A stretch of DNA of 62,789 nt, counting the filler, from Folioceros fuciformis (taxonomy: Eukaryota): the NCBI GenBank assembly GCA_049999805.1. It is 5 parts of 4 records of this genome, joined end to end, with 100 filler letters (N's around TTAATTAATTAA, not from the genome) between each part and the next. Parts side by side here need not be neighbours in the genome. Positions count along the whole stretch, not along the records: positions 1 to 28,555 come from JBNGIO010006246.1; positions 28,656 to 49,510 come from JBNGIO010006246.1; 3 more parts are not named here. One strand, written 5' to 3'. The position numbers and the translations under genes are program-made. Within the stretch, counting starts at the first letter, position 1; every line of letters starts with the position of its first letter. Under the pieces are notes generated by a model, which was given only the letters and a program-made list of their open reading frames with translations, had not been told where the DNA came from and ran no database searches. Below, one piece after another: positions 23,507-36,219 of the stretch.

Positions 23507-25201
23507 TCAGAGCGACAGTCTCCTTCGCACTCTTCGGGTCTGCGGTCGGACCATGAGACCATACTCGAGCTCCTCCGGAGCAACATCCGAAACATGGGCC
23601 TCCTGCTGAGGCTGAGGCGAAGTTGGAGGAAGTTGGTTTTGCTGCGCAGCTTCCGGTGGGATGTCCTCCACTGGCCTGTTGAGCTGGTGCATTCGGTTTC
23701 TCACAGCCTGGATGGAGTCTCGCCAGTGGGGCAAATATTCTCGCACCCTTGAGCACAGGCTCCACCAAGTACCCGACCACATGTTCCCAGAGATGGTTCC
23801 AGAGTAGAACCCGAAAGCATTGCCCCTGGAAGCTCTGCGGCTTGTCGCCTCCGCAGAGGACCAGGTGGTGTCCTCTCTTGCTGACTCGTGTTCTTCACCG
23901 TCCTCGTCTTGCTCATCAGCATTCCGCAAGTAGTCGTGACTGGTGTCGCTCGCATCTGAGGCCGTGTCCTCGTCGTAGTCGCTGCCTTCCATATCCACAC
24001 TCCGCCTGTTGATCGTGGAGCGCGCTATGCTCTGCTCGTCGTCCACGATGGCGCTGCCGTCGAAGCCCTCGGGCTCCGGGTAGTCGGGATCGCTGTCCGT
24101 AGCCTCAACGATTTCCTGGTACACCTCCACGCGATCGGCGCGGTTGTCTGGATCCGGATCCGGATCCGAAACCGGGTCCGGAGCCGGGTCCTGATGCGTC
24201 TCTTGTTGGACAGCTCCGATCTCCTCCACTCGGCCGGGTGCAACCGCAGGCGCAGCGTCTCCCCCGATCTCACCGACCGTGCCGCCAGCTTCATCCACCT
24301 CCTGTTGCGGCTCGGGGACGTCCTGCAGTGGGCTAAGTGCCGCGTGCGAGCTATCGCCTGCTGCTTCCTCATGCGACTCCACGGTCGGCTCTTGCCCGGA
24401 TCTCCTGCTCTCCTCGGTCTCGGCCTCTTCTCCGACACGGGATCCCTGAGACGTGTTTCTGGCTTCCCTACTCCTCCTGCTCGCGATCGCTTCCTGAGCT
24501 CGTTGCCTCGCCCTGGATCTGGCTCGCCTATGCACTCGGCTCCGGACGGCTCCCCTCCGCGACGGTGCCACCTCGATGCCTTCCGCCTGGCTCTTCAAGA
24601 ACCGCCGCTCGATGGACCAGCACAGGCTGATGTCTTGCGGCTGGTTCACAATGCTGGACTCCACCTTGTCTCGCAGCCTGTCCTTCCAAGGCGAGAGTTG
24701 GAACCAAGAGCTGCACGCAGCAATCGGATCAGGCTTCACCACGGCAGAACAGCCAAGATCCGCACGCACTGCATTCGCACTCTCCAATCTCGCGCACGAC
24801 GCCGGCCCTTGGCAGAAACGCCGAAACTGCTCCCATGCCTGCCTCACACGGAGTAACTGGAGCAGGAAGCACCAAACCGGCTGCGATCCAGGACGCCACA
24901 CAGAATCTCGCTCCTCCTCCGATGGCTCCAGTTCCGACACAAGCCGATCGAACAGAGCAGCTTTGCAGAGCAGGCAGATCTCGCACCGGTACCGTGCTCG
25001 CGCTGTGTTCGAAGCTCCGCCTTCGCACCGCTGGTGCAGATTAGGTTTTCCTCGAATGCCACAACACGGACACACGTCTTCCGCACGCCGCTGCCTCCAA
25101 GCGCAGCTGCGATGCACCGCGTCTCCGCACGGCTGCCATCTCTCCCAGCGCTGCCCCGCAACCGGCTGCTTGCATATCTGGCACACGCATTCCTGATCCA
25201 T
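23507..25201 (-). CDS. Intronless protein with N-terminal RING-like zinc finger and long acidic/low-complexity C-terminus
   Basis: Long GC-rich ORF; first ATG at 25201 gives MDQECVCQIC-x13-PCGDAVHRSC-x10-CPCC; D/E/P-rich tail. Confidence 0.6.
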   Translation of the reverse strand: MDQECVCQICKQPVAGQRWERWQPCGDAVHRSCAWRQRRAEDVCPCCGIRGKPNLHQRCEGGASNTARARYRCEICLLCKAALFDRLVSELEPSEEERDSVWRPGSQPVWCFLLQLLRVRQAWEQFRRFCQGPASCARLESANAVRADLGCSAVVKPDPIAACSSWFQLSPWKDRLRDKVESSIVNQPQDISLCWSIERRFLKSQAEGIEVAPSRRGAVRSRVHRRARSRARQRAQEAIASRRSREARNTSQGSRVGEEAETEESRRSGQEPTVESHEEAAGDSSHAALSPLQDVPEPQQEVDEAGGTVGEIGGDAAPAVAPGRVEEIGAVQQETHQDPAPDPVSDPDPDPDNRADRVEVYQEIVEATDSDPDYPEPEGFDGSAIVDDEQSIARSTINRRSVDMEGSDYDEDTASDASDTSHDYLRNADEQDEDGEEHESAREDTTWSSAEATSRRASRGNAFGFYSGTISGNMWSGTWWSLCSRVREYLPHWRDSIQAVRNRMHQLNRPVEDIPPEAAQQNQLPPTSPQPQQEAHVSDVAPEELEYGLMVRPQTRRVRRRLSL

Positions 25202-25594
25202 GACCGTGCCCGTGACTCGATCCCCGCAACCGAGTCCGATCCCGTTCCCGGCAGTCCCACACGGTGGGCGCCAATGCGCCTCGTCTCCCAGGCGCCACAA
25301 GCCAAGCCTTCAAGAGGCAGCCGCTTCGGTTGCCCTCGATCCTCGTCGTCGTCCCCATGACGGTCCTCGGCCCGTGGCCTACCCCTCCCTGCGCCATGGC
25401 AGCGTCGGTTCGCGGTTCACTTGAAGGAAGACAGCAACCGCCAAAAACCAGTTTTCGTTGTCTCGGTCGGCTGGCTAAAACACCAGCGGCCACCTAAACC
25501 GTAACCGAGAAACGCAATAGCTACCCAAAAAGTTGACTTTATTCCGAAGCGCACACAAGAGGCCTTGCCTTGGAGGAAGACGATGAGACGGAGG

Positions 25595-27678
25595 TCAGGC
25601 CTTAAATCTCCCGCTGTATCCATACGATTCCAGCAATTTCTCATCCTCTCTCCAGTCTTTCCGGACAAGCACCCGGATCTGTACAGGGAGGACATGACCG
25701 GCTGACACAACATCAGGTACGAGCATCTGATTGCAGACCCACTGAAATCAGCGATCATCAAGGAACAGCATAGGATGAGTCACCTCGACGAAAACATTTC
25801 TGCCCAGGAACTCTTCGATGTCCAACCTTGCTGCTGTGGCTAGAACCTTCATTGCAATCCCATCCTGCACCGAGTGATACAAGTTAGCATTAGAAGGTGA
25901 TGAGTACTGTTGACCTAAGGGGAGAGTAATGAGGCTAGACCTTGCCCAATAGAATGGCTCTCTGGGATTCCCTTTCCACCAGAACTTCGATCTCAATGAA
26001 GTCCTTGCCTGCTTGTCTGGTTGCATACTTGACCACGTTCACCTGTGAGAACCAACAGGGCGGTAAGTTTCTGCAGAAGGAGGCATGGGCTCCCTGCAAA
26101 TGAACGAATCATGGTTACCTGACACACGTACGGGATTTCCTGCTGGTACTGCATCAAAATCTTCTCTCGGACAATCTCCCCAACAAAGAATTTCTCTGGA
26201 TGCTCGCTTACAATGTCCTGATGGCATCTGTGAAGGTCATGTTCTGCTATTCACAGACGGCAACTGGTTTGTACCCAGAAAGTGCACTCACTTTAGGATA
26301 ATATGATGGCCCGTAGGGTAACTTGTTCACCAGCCACTCCCTCACTTCGTTGACTCCATGGCCGTGCTTGGCACTGACAGCCAATACATGATCTGCTTTG
26401 CCGAAGTTTTCATACCACTGCCAAAAGCAGGCACATGGCTCATTGTCCTCCACACCTTTACACTGCACTCTAGGATTGCATCTGACTGTTTGCACGGTGG
26501 GAGTGTGTCAAGCCAAAGAGTTGTGCCAAGCACATCAATACCTCTACTCGTTTGGCCAGCTCCCCCGGCTTCACGAGATCCTTCTTATTCACTACAAGCA
26601 GTGTCGGCCTTCTCTCCAGAACCGATGCGGCACCTTCCTCCAACATGCTGGCCACCTGTTTCCTTAGCACCAAGCACACAGACTCACCATATTTTCGCCC
26701 GGAATTCAGGACAGAATAGGAGGCATAGCTGCTCACAGCTGCCACTTCATACCTCCTCCGGTAGCTTGCAAGCGTCAACGATGATCAAGACACAATCGGC
26801 GTTGAGAGTAGCAGTTCGCACATTTTGCATCATTAGCTCATCCAGTTTCTTCACCTTCTTGGAGATCACACCTGGCGTATCGTATAATATCATCTGCACA
26901 CCAATGCGGAAGACCGTCCAGCTACGTTGGATATTACAAGCTCTTACCACTATGATCAACATCACTAACTACCCCAGGTGTGCAACTTAACCCACCTGAT
27001 ACTGGGGACCAGAAGCAATACCAAGTATTCTGTGCCGAGTAGTCTGTGGCTTACTTGTAACGATTGACAGTTTCTGCCCAATCAGCTGATTCAAGAGCGT
27101 GCTCTTGCCAACGTTTGGCTTCCCGATCAGTGCAACATATCCTGCACAAAGCAGAAGCCGGAGTAGCAATGTGAGATTGCCATCTCTGTCCCACCGGATC
27201 TCCAAAGCCTCCACGAACTGGATGCCAATAAAAGAATTGCATGGCATTTGGAGCAACTCGCACTTCCCACGATTGTTTCCCAGCGTCCGAAATTTGGGAG
27301 CGTACCACTTTTGTGATCAGGCTCCACTTTCAAGTCTCTGTAATCCGATTGCCCGAAGCTGGTACCAACATCGTCGTCCAGATAATCAGATGACACACGC
27401 TTCCTCGACGGACTTGCATCTTGCAAGTCCTCAAGCTTCCTGGCAGGCTTGTTGTTGAGGAGGAAGATGGGCGGAGGCTGCTTGGAAGATGCAGAGCTGG
27501 CTGTCACGCACAGCCCCCTCCACTCCGTCACCCTGTCTGCAGCATCAGCAGCAGGCTGATCCGGGAGCTTGCTTCCCGAAAATGACAGCACCCTCCCGCA
27601 CTTGACAAAACCAGAGTAGCATGGCAGACTGTCTACTGCGCCCACATGGGCAAGCCTCCTAACCAGGCTAGTGTCCAT
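25595..27678 (-). CDS. ERA: Era-family GTPase (probably plastid-targeted), multi-exon
   Basis: [41 protein letters not shown] (G1/G2), YDTPG (G3), NKKD (G4), VSAKHG, KH-like tail [16 protein letters not shown]...[14 protein letters not shown]; transit-peptide-like N-terminus. Confidence 0.92.
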
Positions 27679-28357
27679 GACTTCCACCCCTGCCCACGAT
27701 CTGGATGCAGTGCCCGTGTACGGCACTCCGACCTGATGTTTCCGAATGCCGTCGTCGCATATCGGTTAGTGAGGCTGCCGGTCAAGACGAGGGAAGATTC
27801 TAAGAAACTGTCAGGCTTTCGCAACTAGGGTTCCCGGCCCTCGCTGTTCAAGATCATCCATGCTACAGCCTCATCTATATGCTAACGTATGCGCGCCTGT
27901 GTGGGATGCGCAATGGGCTGCAGCAGTGTGGGATAATTCGCGAGCACGGAAGTGAGTGGTGAGGTTAGCTTCTGGATCTGAAGAAAGTGGCGCCCTTGCA
28001 AGATCTGCCCGGGCAGCAAGCCCGGTGTGTGTGCCTGGACGAAAGTGGCGGGGGAGCTGTGCGATGAAGGGAAGCGATTGGTGAAGGGCATGTCAGACCG
28101 GAGGCACAGCTGGACTGCTGCGCAGTGGGTTGGTTCCCCTTCATATCCCACCAGGGACGTCTCCTCGGGGACAGAGGATCAGTGGGGAGTTGCCTCTGGC
28201 AGATGCATGGGCCAGTGCGCTTTCCGCGGTAAGTGGACTATGGCCTTGGTCGGCTGCTCTGCTTCTTGCAAGCTGGTGCTGGATGCTTTTGTTTGGGTGG
28301 CGATTGGGTGCCTCACTTCGTGTGTATGCGTTGGCAGCAGGTACTCCGAAGTCAGAA

Positions 28358-28555
28358 ATGGCAGAGCCTGGGCGGGGATCGCTGGGTGATTCGTTTGTTA
28401 CGCCTCCCCCGTCTACGTTGGAGCGATTCTCCTTTCTCAGGTTTGAGGGCGGGAGCCAGGGAGGCTTTGTGGTGCCGACGAGGTTCAACGAGCAAGGAGT
28501 GCTGGAGCCCGTGTTGACGGAGGCTCAGAGGGCCAACTGCGAAGCTGCGTTGAAG
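28358..28555 (+). CDS. 5' fragment of a gene cut by the contig end; possibly plant protein tyrosine phosphatase
   Basis: ATG ORF open into the linker. LTEAQRANCEAALK resembles the helix preceding the catalytic domain of plant PTP1 (recalled similarity only). Confidence 0.3.
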
Positions 28556-28655
28556 NNNNNNNNNNNNNNNNNNNNNNNNNNNNNNNNNNNNNNNNNNNNT
28601 TAATTAATTAANNNNNNNNNNNNNNNNNNNNNNNNNNNNNNNNNNNNNNNNNNNN
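28556..28655. other. Artificial contig linker (44N-TTAATTAATTAA-44N)
   Basis: Six-frame-stop spacer, identical at four places in the window. Confidence 0.97.
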
Positions 28656-31600
28656 GGACAGGACGGAAGAGGAAGAAGCCCGAGGCGGAGGATGTTTCCG
28701 GGAGCAGCTTGTTTGAGATTGTGAAGACCAACGGGGAAGCAGTGCAAGAGGCCGCTCGGGAGTGGCTGGTTCGGTACGAGACGGACAGGGATGCTGCTGT
28801 CACCGAGCTGCTCACGATGTTGTTTCAGGCATGCGGATCTAGGTTTGTGATGGAGGATGCTGGGACGGATGTGGATGAGGCTGTGGAGACCATGGTTGCG
28901 CAGGCTAAGATGGGCAATTTGGATGATAGCATCGGATCCAAGAAGGGGGATGTGCGGAATTTTAAGAGCAATCTTGAGGCCTTCTGGGAGGCCCTTGTCC
29001 TTGAGTGCCAGGAAGTGGCTCTTTTCGACCAGTATTTGATGGACAAGGTTATGGATTTCGTTATCGCTATTTCCTGCACTCCGCCCAGGAATTTTCGGCA
29101 TGTGGCAACGCTGGTCGGGCTGCAGCTGGTGAGTGCTTTTGTGACTCTGGCTAACACGCTCTGTCGAGCCCGTGAGACGAAACAGCGGCAGCTGAATGCG
29201 GAGAGGAAGAGGAATAAGGGGGGTCCTTTGTTGGCTGAGGCGCTCGCCAAATCTCTGTCCGAGACTCACGAGAGGATCACGCAGGTGGAGGAGATGATGC
29301 GGAAGATATTCACGGGGCTTTTTATGCATCGGTATCGAGACAAGGATGAAAACATACGGGTGGCTTGTGTCTCGTCTATCGGTTCTTGGATTGCATCCTA
29401 CCCGTCCTTGTTTCTGCAGGAGCTGTATCTGAAGTATCTAGGGTTCCCGCTGAATGACAAGAGGCCCAATGTCCGGAATAGTGCGATTCTGGCTCTGCAG
29501 GCGCTGTATACGGTGGATGCCTACGTTCCTTCTTTGGCCCTCTTCAGTACGCGCTTCTGCAGTCGGATGGTTGAATTGGCCGATGACATCGAAGTTAGTG
29601 TGGCAGTGAATGCGATTGGCTTGTTGAAGCTGTTATTCAAGCACCAACTTGTTCCGGACGAATACTTAGACTCCCTTTTTGACCTGTTGATCGATGACCA
29701 GGCACAGATCCGGCATGCTGTGGGGGACTTGGTCTATGAGCACCTGGTTATTCAGAACCCCAGCTCTGACCCAAAGGCACTTGAGGAGCCTGTGGAAGCC
29801 GAGCTGGATCGAATACTGCAGATACTTGGGGAGTTCTCAGCTGATCCTATTCTTTCGGACTATGTGATCGATGCGTTCTGGGATAAGAGCAAGGCGATGA
29901 AGGACTGGAAGTGTCTACTGTCTATGTTGTTGGATGAGAAGCCAAGGATTGAGCTGGCAGATGGGGACGCCACAAACCTCATCAGAGTGCTTTTGGCGTC
30001 AGCTAAAAAGTCTGTGGGAGAAAAGATCGTTCCTTCAGTGGAGGTGCGGACAACTGATCATCGGAAGTCGGCAATGAACAAGGCTCAGAAGGAGGCCTTG
30101 GAGGCTGCCAAGGCTGAGATGACTTCTGCTTTGATGAAGGCCTTCCCGAAGCTGCTTAGGAAGTTTCTTGTGGACCGAGGCAAGGTGGCGGCCATAGCGG
30201 AGGTTCTGTTGTACATGGATCTTCAGTTGTTCTCATTGAAGCGCAAGGAGCAGGAGTATACATCTGCGTTGCACTTGTTGAAGGATGCTTTCCTGAAACA
30301 TGGAGATGAGGAAACGCTTAGAGCTTGCATCAAGGCTCTGTCCTTCGCGCTCACCGATAGCCACGCTGACTTGCTGGATACTGCCCAGGTGGTCGTTAGC
30401 GAGACCGTGGATGACCTCACGGTGAAGCTGAGGCATGCCATCAGTCACGCAGGAGAAACAGAGGATGAGTATTCCCTGATAGCAAATTTGAGAAGGATGC
30501 ATCATATGCTGTTGGCAGTGCCTGTGACCAACGAGAGTCTGTTCACAGAAATGCTGGGGTTGATCAAGGACTTCAACTACTTGGATGACGAGGTTATCAG
30601 GCTGGTGTTATTGAACATGTTTCTGCAAGTTGCTTGGTTACTGAAGTCCGTTGATGTCGACCGTCCTGACGAGTCGACTATCGAGGCCTTGATAGTCAGG
30701 AGGAGTAGCTTGCTGGAACAGCTGCGCTGTTTTGGTGACAGCGTGTACGACAGTTGGGAAAATGGAAGTCCCAGGAGCCCTCTGAGCAGCACCATATGCG
30801 TCATCCTGTCCGACGTGTGGAGCTTATTTTCTGCGGAGAAGCTGGCGCCTACTAGACTGCATAAACTGGGAATCTCTCCTGATGATGATTTGCTGCGCCA
30901 CTTTTGGAATCTCTGTGAGCACAAGCTTTTTGCCAATGATGACGCTGAGGAAGCAGCTGAAGAGCACAGCGAGTACTTGGACGAGAAGGTAGTGGTTATG
31001 TCTGCAGCAGCTAAGCTGGTGGCTAACAGGTTGATTCCCACGGACTTTCTGGGCCCGGAAATTGTGTCCCATCTGGTGCTGCATGACAATATTGTGTCCG
31101 AGACGGTGAGGCAGTTGGTGGTGTCCCTGAGGGAACAGGAGACTCCCGAGAACGTATCTCACCTTTACCTGGAAGCAATGAAGAGAGCTCACCGGCGGTT
31201 TCTGGACGATTCTGACGACAGCTGGTCCACCAAGGATTCATACAACACCTGCAAGGAACTGGCACTCCGGTTGAGCGCGACTCTCAAACGGACGGCCAAG
31301 GCCACCATCCTCAAGATTGTCAAGGGAGGCATCAAGCACGCGTTTGTGGAATCTCCCAAGCAGCTCACGTTCCTGGAGGTCGGAGTGCTACAATTTGCAG
31401 CCAAGCTCACGTCTGCGGACCTGCGCCCCATCTACGACCTGATGGTCTCGAGGATGCAAGGCATCAACACCGACGAAGACCCCAGCGCCTGGCGCCCATG
31501 TCTCGTCTTCCTGCAGTACCTGAAGGAGAAGTGCTCCATCAGCGACGTCTCCGCCGACAAGGGCAGCGGGAAGCGAGGCAGGCGCAGGGCGGCAGCCATC

Positions 31601-32269
31601 AAAGGAAAGAAACTCTTCGATGGCCAGGACACGTCTGAGGAAGACAATGCCGATCCCATCTCCAGCGCCTCCGGGGAGGCCGACGAGGAAGAGGAGGAGG
31701 AGGACGAGGAGCGCGTCGTGCTGGCCAACTTGAAGACCGCCCGCACTGCTCGCCAACGCGCAGTGAAGGCCAAAACGAGCAACAAGGCAGCCGCAACTGC
31801 AACCGCGGCTACGTCTACTACCCCATCCACGAGCGAAGCCGACCACCAGCAGAGATCCGACAATCCTGTATCCCACACAAGAAATGACTTCGCCAATACT
31901 GCAACAGAGGAACAGCTTCCTCGAGGCTCCGCCGCTGCATATCAAGAACAGGACCAGACTGTTAGCCTCCAGGAGGAGCCGTCCTCGAATGGCGACCAAT
32001 CGGTCGACGCCCTCTCTCCTGTTTCATCAGGGCACGCTCATCAGCGACCCGGCACGTGGACTGAAGAGCGGCTCCCTGGTAGGTATGCCCGGAGGCGAAC
32101 CCGGAGCCGCGAAGACGACGACGGAGCATCCCCTGCTGATGATGTTTCTGGTGGACAAGAAACGTCCCTCTTGAAACAAACCTCCTCTACGGAAGAAGCT
32201 GATCGTGGGAAGAGCATATCTTCTGGGAAAGAAGGGTCTCCTCCTGCCAGCATGTCCGCTGGAGACTAG
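28656..32269 (+). CDS. SCC3: Cohesin subunit SCC3 / stromalin (STAG), intronless, 5'-partial
   Basis: Single ORF of >1180 codons with STAG/SCD motifs: LFDQYLMD, PRNFRHVATLVGLQL, FMHRYRD...IR..C...IGSWI..YP..FL...YLKYLG..LNDK, RMVELADD; acidic tail. Confidence 0.95.
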
Positions 32270-32431
32270 CAGGTGACTACTGTCGCAGGTTGGTGCTTTT
32301 CTAATCGTATATGCCTGTGATCAATTCTTACTCAAACCAATTCATGTTCTGATGTATGTACATTCAGAAAAAATTGAAAGCCCGAAAAGTTTTCGTAGTG
32401 GCGTATTCACAGTGTGGCTCCTTTATCTACA

Positions 32432-34168
32432 TCATTGCCAGTAGCATGAGGAAGGGCCTTCAGGGGCGGACCTGGCGAGCGCATTGGAGACCGGGGCAGC
32501 AGCGACCCCTCGTTGAATAAGCAGGCAGCGGAAGAAATGCAGGCGGGGCAAAGCAGCGTCCACACCCGCATCGTCGATGGCATGGCGCGGACTCCACAAT
32601 CTCTCTGCCGCGGCGGCGGCTCGGGGCCAGATAGTTTGCTGCAGATCAGAGGAGTCCACCGTCTCGCCCCACATGCAGACCTCGCCGCCGAGGAGAAGGT
32701 CGGAATCTGACTCCGAAATGTCCAGGGCGGGCTCATTAAGGTAGAAGGCCTGCCATGGCACGTCCAGATGGTCCAGGTACCAGACATCTTGGTTACTCAC
32801 GATGCAGCGGAGCCCGGCCTCGAGCACCCGCGGAGCCAGTCCTCTGGCCCACCAGTTGTGCACGACGGACCGCGGGTGCAGTACCTTAGGGAAGTTGTCG
32901 AACGGCTCCTCCCAGTTCACAGGGTCCCAGCCGAGGGAGGCAGCGATCTCCTGAGCGCGCACCACAAAATGCGCGTACGCCTCCTGCCCTGACATTCCAT
33001 GCCCCCGGAGCCAGGCCCTGACGTGCGGCACCCGCTCCCAACACCGTGTATCCACCTCGTCCCCTCCCAGGTGGAAGAGCTCGAAGGGGAAGAGCTCCCG
33101 GAGATCCGCCAGGATAGCGGCTATGGTGTTGAACGTGCTGTCCTTGCTCACGTCCAGCGGCTCTCGGCAGTTCTCCGAAGGCCAGAGTTCCGGATACCCT
33201 AAACCCCAAGACTGAGCGTGTCCGGGCACATCGAGCTCCGGCATGACGTGGATCCCCCGCGCGGCCGCATATGCCACTACGTCCGTCACGTCCCGCACAG
33301 TATACCTCTCCCGCGGTGTATAGGACCCCCGCCACAGCTCCTTCCGGGAGGGGACCTCTAAGGGGAACGCCTGCTCGTCCACTAGGTGCCAATGTAGGAC
33401 GTTGAGCTTGGAGAAGGCCATCGCGTCCAGCACCTCCTTGATGGCCGGAACTGGCAGGAAATGCCTACCGGTATCGATAAGCAGGCCACGGAATCTGAAC
33501 CGCGGCCAGTCCCGGATCTCCCAGGGAGCCTGCTCGATTTCCACCGCCTTGCTTCTGAAGTTGAAGACGCAGAGCTGGCTCAGGGTTTCCATCCCCCGCA
33601 CCGCACCGTAGACAGTCTCCGCCTCCAAACTGGCCGTCCCATCCCCATCCTCCCCCGGCAACGATAGCCTGTACTCCTCACTCGTATTGAGCCGCAGTCG
33701 CTCGTCCCCCGACCACACCTTCACCACCAGCCTCCGTAGCAAGGGTTTCCCGTCCCAGTGCTCGCTCTCCTCCACATCTCCCGTGTGCTGGAAGATGATG
33801 CCGCGGTACCTCTTCCACGCGTTCTTCACCACATCCGACTCCCCTCCCTGGCCTTCCGCCACCAGCTCCAGGCCGGGATCCACTGTCAGCACGGACTCTC
33901 CCCGCGATACCTCCGCGGGCAACGGCCAGATCTTAACGTCGTAAGATCCGCTGAAGCTGATGCCATCGCTGCGCCGGTCCCCGCCGACTGCCTCGCTTGA
34001 GCCCGGGCCCGAGCCCAGGCGCAAGCGCAGGTGCAGAGCCGGCCAACTCCAGCAATGCCCGCCGGTGGCCTGGGCCAGCAGGAACAGCAGGAACAGCGGC
34101 AGCCTCAACGACTGCCGGGGAGCCCGCCCCGCCATGTTGCACCCTTCGGGAGAGGTCCGTGTGCTCAT
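32432..34168 (-). CDS. HEXO: Beta-hexosaminidase (GH20, HEXO1/HEXO3 type), intronless; start may be the ATG at 34135
   Basis: Signal peptide; PRFRFRGLLIDTGRHF, KLNVLHWH, PELDVPGHA, catalytic FHLGGDEV, GGEVCMWGE, IWPRAAAAAERLWS. Confidence 0.95.
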   Translation of the reverse strand: MSTRTSPEGCNMAGRAPRQSLRLPLFLLFLLAQATGGHCWSWPALHLRLRLGSGPGSSEAVGGDRRSDGISFSGSYDVKIWPLPAEVSRGESVLTVDPGLELVAEGQGGESDVVKNAWKRYRGIIFQHTGDVEESEHWDGKPLLRRLVVKVWSGDERLRLNTSEEYRLSLPGEDGDGTASLEAETVYGAVRGMETLSQLCVFNFRSKAVEIEQAPWEIRDWPRFRFRGLLIDTGRHFLPVPAIKEVLDAMAFSKLNVLHWHLVDEQAFPLEVPSRKELWRGSYTPRERYTVRDVTDVVAYAAARGIHVMPELDVPGHAQSWGLGYPELWPSENCREPLDVSKDSTFNTIAAILADLRELFPFELFHLGGDEVDTRCWERVPHVRAWLRGHGMSGQEAYAHFVVRAQEIAASLGWDPVNWEEPFDNFPKVLHPRSVVHNWWARGLAPRVLEAGLRCIVSNQDVWYLDHLDVPWQAFYLNEPALDISESDSDLLLGGEVCMWGETVDSSDLQQTIWPRAAAAAERLWSPRHAIDDAGVDAALPRLHFFRCLLIQRGVAAAPVSNALARSAPEGPSSCYWQ

Positions 34169-34569
34169 CCGATCTCCTCATATCCGAGCTTTACAGAGAG
34201 GTGGCAGTAGTACACAGACCTAATCCCAGCTTTTGATTGAGTGTCTGTTTCCACGGGAGAAGCATATGAGTCAAATGAAAACAGACTACTTCTGACTGCC
34301 GGCAACGGGCGAGAACCGGCGGTGGTGTAACAGTTCCGCGGACAACCCCGGGCCCCACAGTGTGAAATGGAAACAGGTCGGCCATGGTTCGCAGACACCC
34401 CGGATAACATGTATATACTTGCTGCCTGGAATCGTCATGGCTTGCCTTCGTATATATCCATGGCCGCGGCAAGCACGATGCAGGAGCGCCGCGAGCAACC
34501 GGAGCAGGAGGACTTCCAGTTGCTCCAGGAGCACAAGCCGATTGTAGCCGCTTTGCCTTCTCCATTGCC

Positions 34570-36219
34570 ATGGACACTGTGTTCAAGGACGGATTGTCAG
34601 GGCTTGCGGCAGGCGTGGCAACCGTGGTCACGGGCCATCCCTTCGACACCATCAAGGTTCCAAGAATTGCTGCATTGATGATTGCTGCTCGTCAGATCGG
34701 GCTGCGGGTGGACAGCTTTTTGATGGTCACGCGGTGGTGCAGGTGAAATTACAGACGCAGCACACCGCTTCTCACAACCTGAGATACAGGAACGCTCTAG
34801 ACTGCACTTCGCAGATTCTCAGGACGGAAGGGGTGTGTAGTGCGGGGATTGCACTATGGAAGTGGCGGATTTAGGGCTGGCGGATGGAGCTGACTGTGGT
34901 GCCTTGTGCTGTGTTGTGCGGTGGCAGGCTAAAGGCTTGTATCGAGGGGCAGCGTCTTCATTTCTCGGCGTGGCAGTGGAGAGTTCTTTGCTTTTCGGAT
35001 TTTACTCCCAAGTGAGAAGAGCTCTGCGAGTAAGTGTGTGCAGTCGGAGGTCGTTTCTGGTAGTCCGCTGTTTTTTCCAACCCCAGTTGCTTTCCCGCGG
35101 TTAGGTTGTGGATGGCTGGGCCTGATGATACGGTTCTTGGCTCGCTCGCGATTTTGGAAGCATGGAGACGCTGATACCCCGACACTCCTCAATGTTGTGC
35201 CTGCTGGAGCAGTTGCTGGAGCTGCCGTGAGTACCATACTCTGCCCGACAGAGCTTGTTAAGGTGTGTTGCTGTGTCCCCCCCACCCCTGCCCTCCTCCC
35301 TGTCCTGTAGGTTTCAATTTTGGAGCGTGACCTTCCATGTTCCCTATCAATTTAATGCGGTAGCCTCTGATCGTGCAGTGTCGTCTCCAAGTGCAAGCAA
35401 AGACAAGCAGCCCTTCCTTGCTCGTCTACTCCGGCCCCTGGGATTGTGTGCGCAAGACAGTGCAGACAGATGGGGTGATTGCTGGAACTCCCTCGTCAAC
35501 GTCTTAACTTCCTGGCCACACGGTTGGTGCGTGTCCAGATCCAGGTCTTTTGACACCTTTCACTCGTGGTCAACAGGTCAAGGGGTTGTTTCGAGGAGGC
35601 ATGTCCACATTGGCAAGGGAATCGGTAGGCAACGCCGTCTTTTTCATGGCATACGAGTACTCGAGGAGCTACATGTTATCAGCTGTCAAGTTCCATCGCA
35701 GACTCTCAGATGGTCGTCTCTCTGACATGGAGGAGGAACGCCTGGATAACTCGTTATCAGAAGTGTTGCTACAGTCGGCCATTGCAATCACGAGTGGAGG
35801 GCTTGCTGGAATAGCAGTAAGTACCTTCGAGGACCCTCTTGGAAGATCAACGACAATTACTCTTTTCTCATCTCTCTCACACATGGCCTGCTCTTGTGCC
35901 GCAGTTTTGGTCTGTAGTTTTGCCTTTCGATGTCTCGAAAACCCGAATTCAAACGTCTTTGGACCCATCGATAAACAGAAATCCCTTACATCATTTTAGA
36001 CAGGTAACGAACTAGGCCTGAAATGCTGTCCTTTTTCCTCAAGGATTGTCATATTTTTCTCATACCTTGTTCGTGCGTTTGCTCCCGCAGGTTTACCGGT
36101 CTCAAGGCATTCGAGGATTGTATGCAGGATTGGGTCCTACGTTAGTGCGGGCGTTTCCTGCCAATGCTGCTGGGGTTCTTGCCTGGGAGCTTACGTCAAG
36201 ACTTTTAGGCGTCCGGTAG
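34570..36219 (+). CDS. BAC1: Mitochondrial basic amino acid (arginine/ornithine) carrier, multi-exon
   Basis: Three carrier repeats GHPFDTIK, LCPTELVK, LPFDVSKTRIQ; KGLYRGAASSFLGVAVESSLLFG; GLGPTLVRAFPANA; stop 36217-36219. Confidence 0.88.

Noticed and set aside
28600-28611. TTAATTAATTAA palindrome, present four times
   Set aside because: Synthetic six-frame-stop linker.
28604-34236. Many antisense and alternate-frame ORFs over SCC3 and HEXO (likewise over the RING-like gene)
   Set aside because: Shadow ORFs expected in GC-rich coding DNA; no domain signatures.
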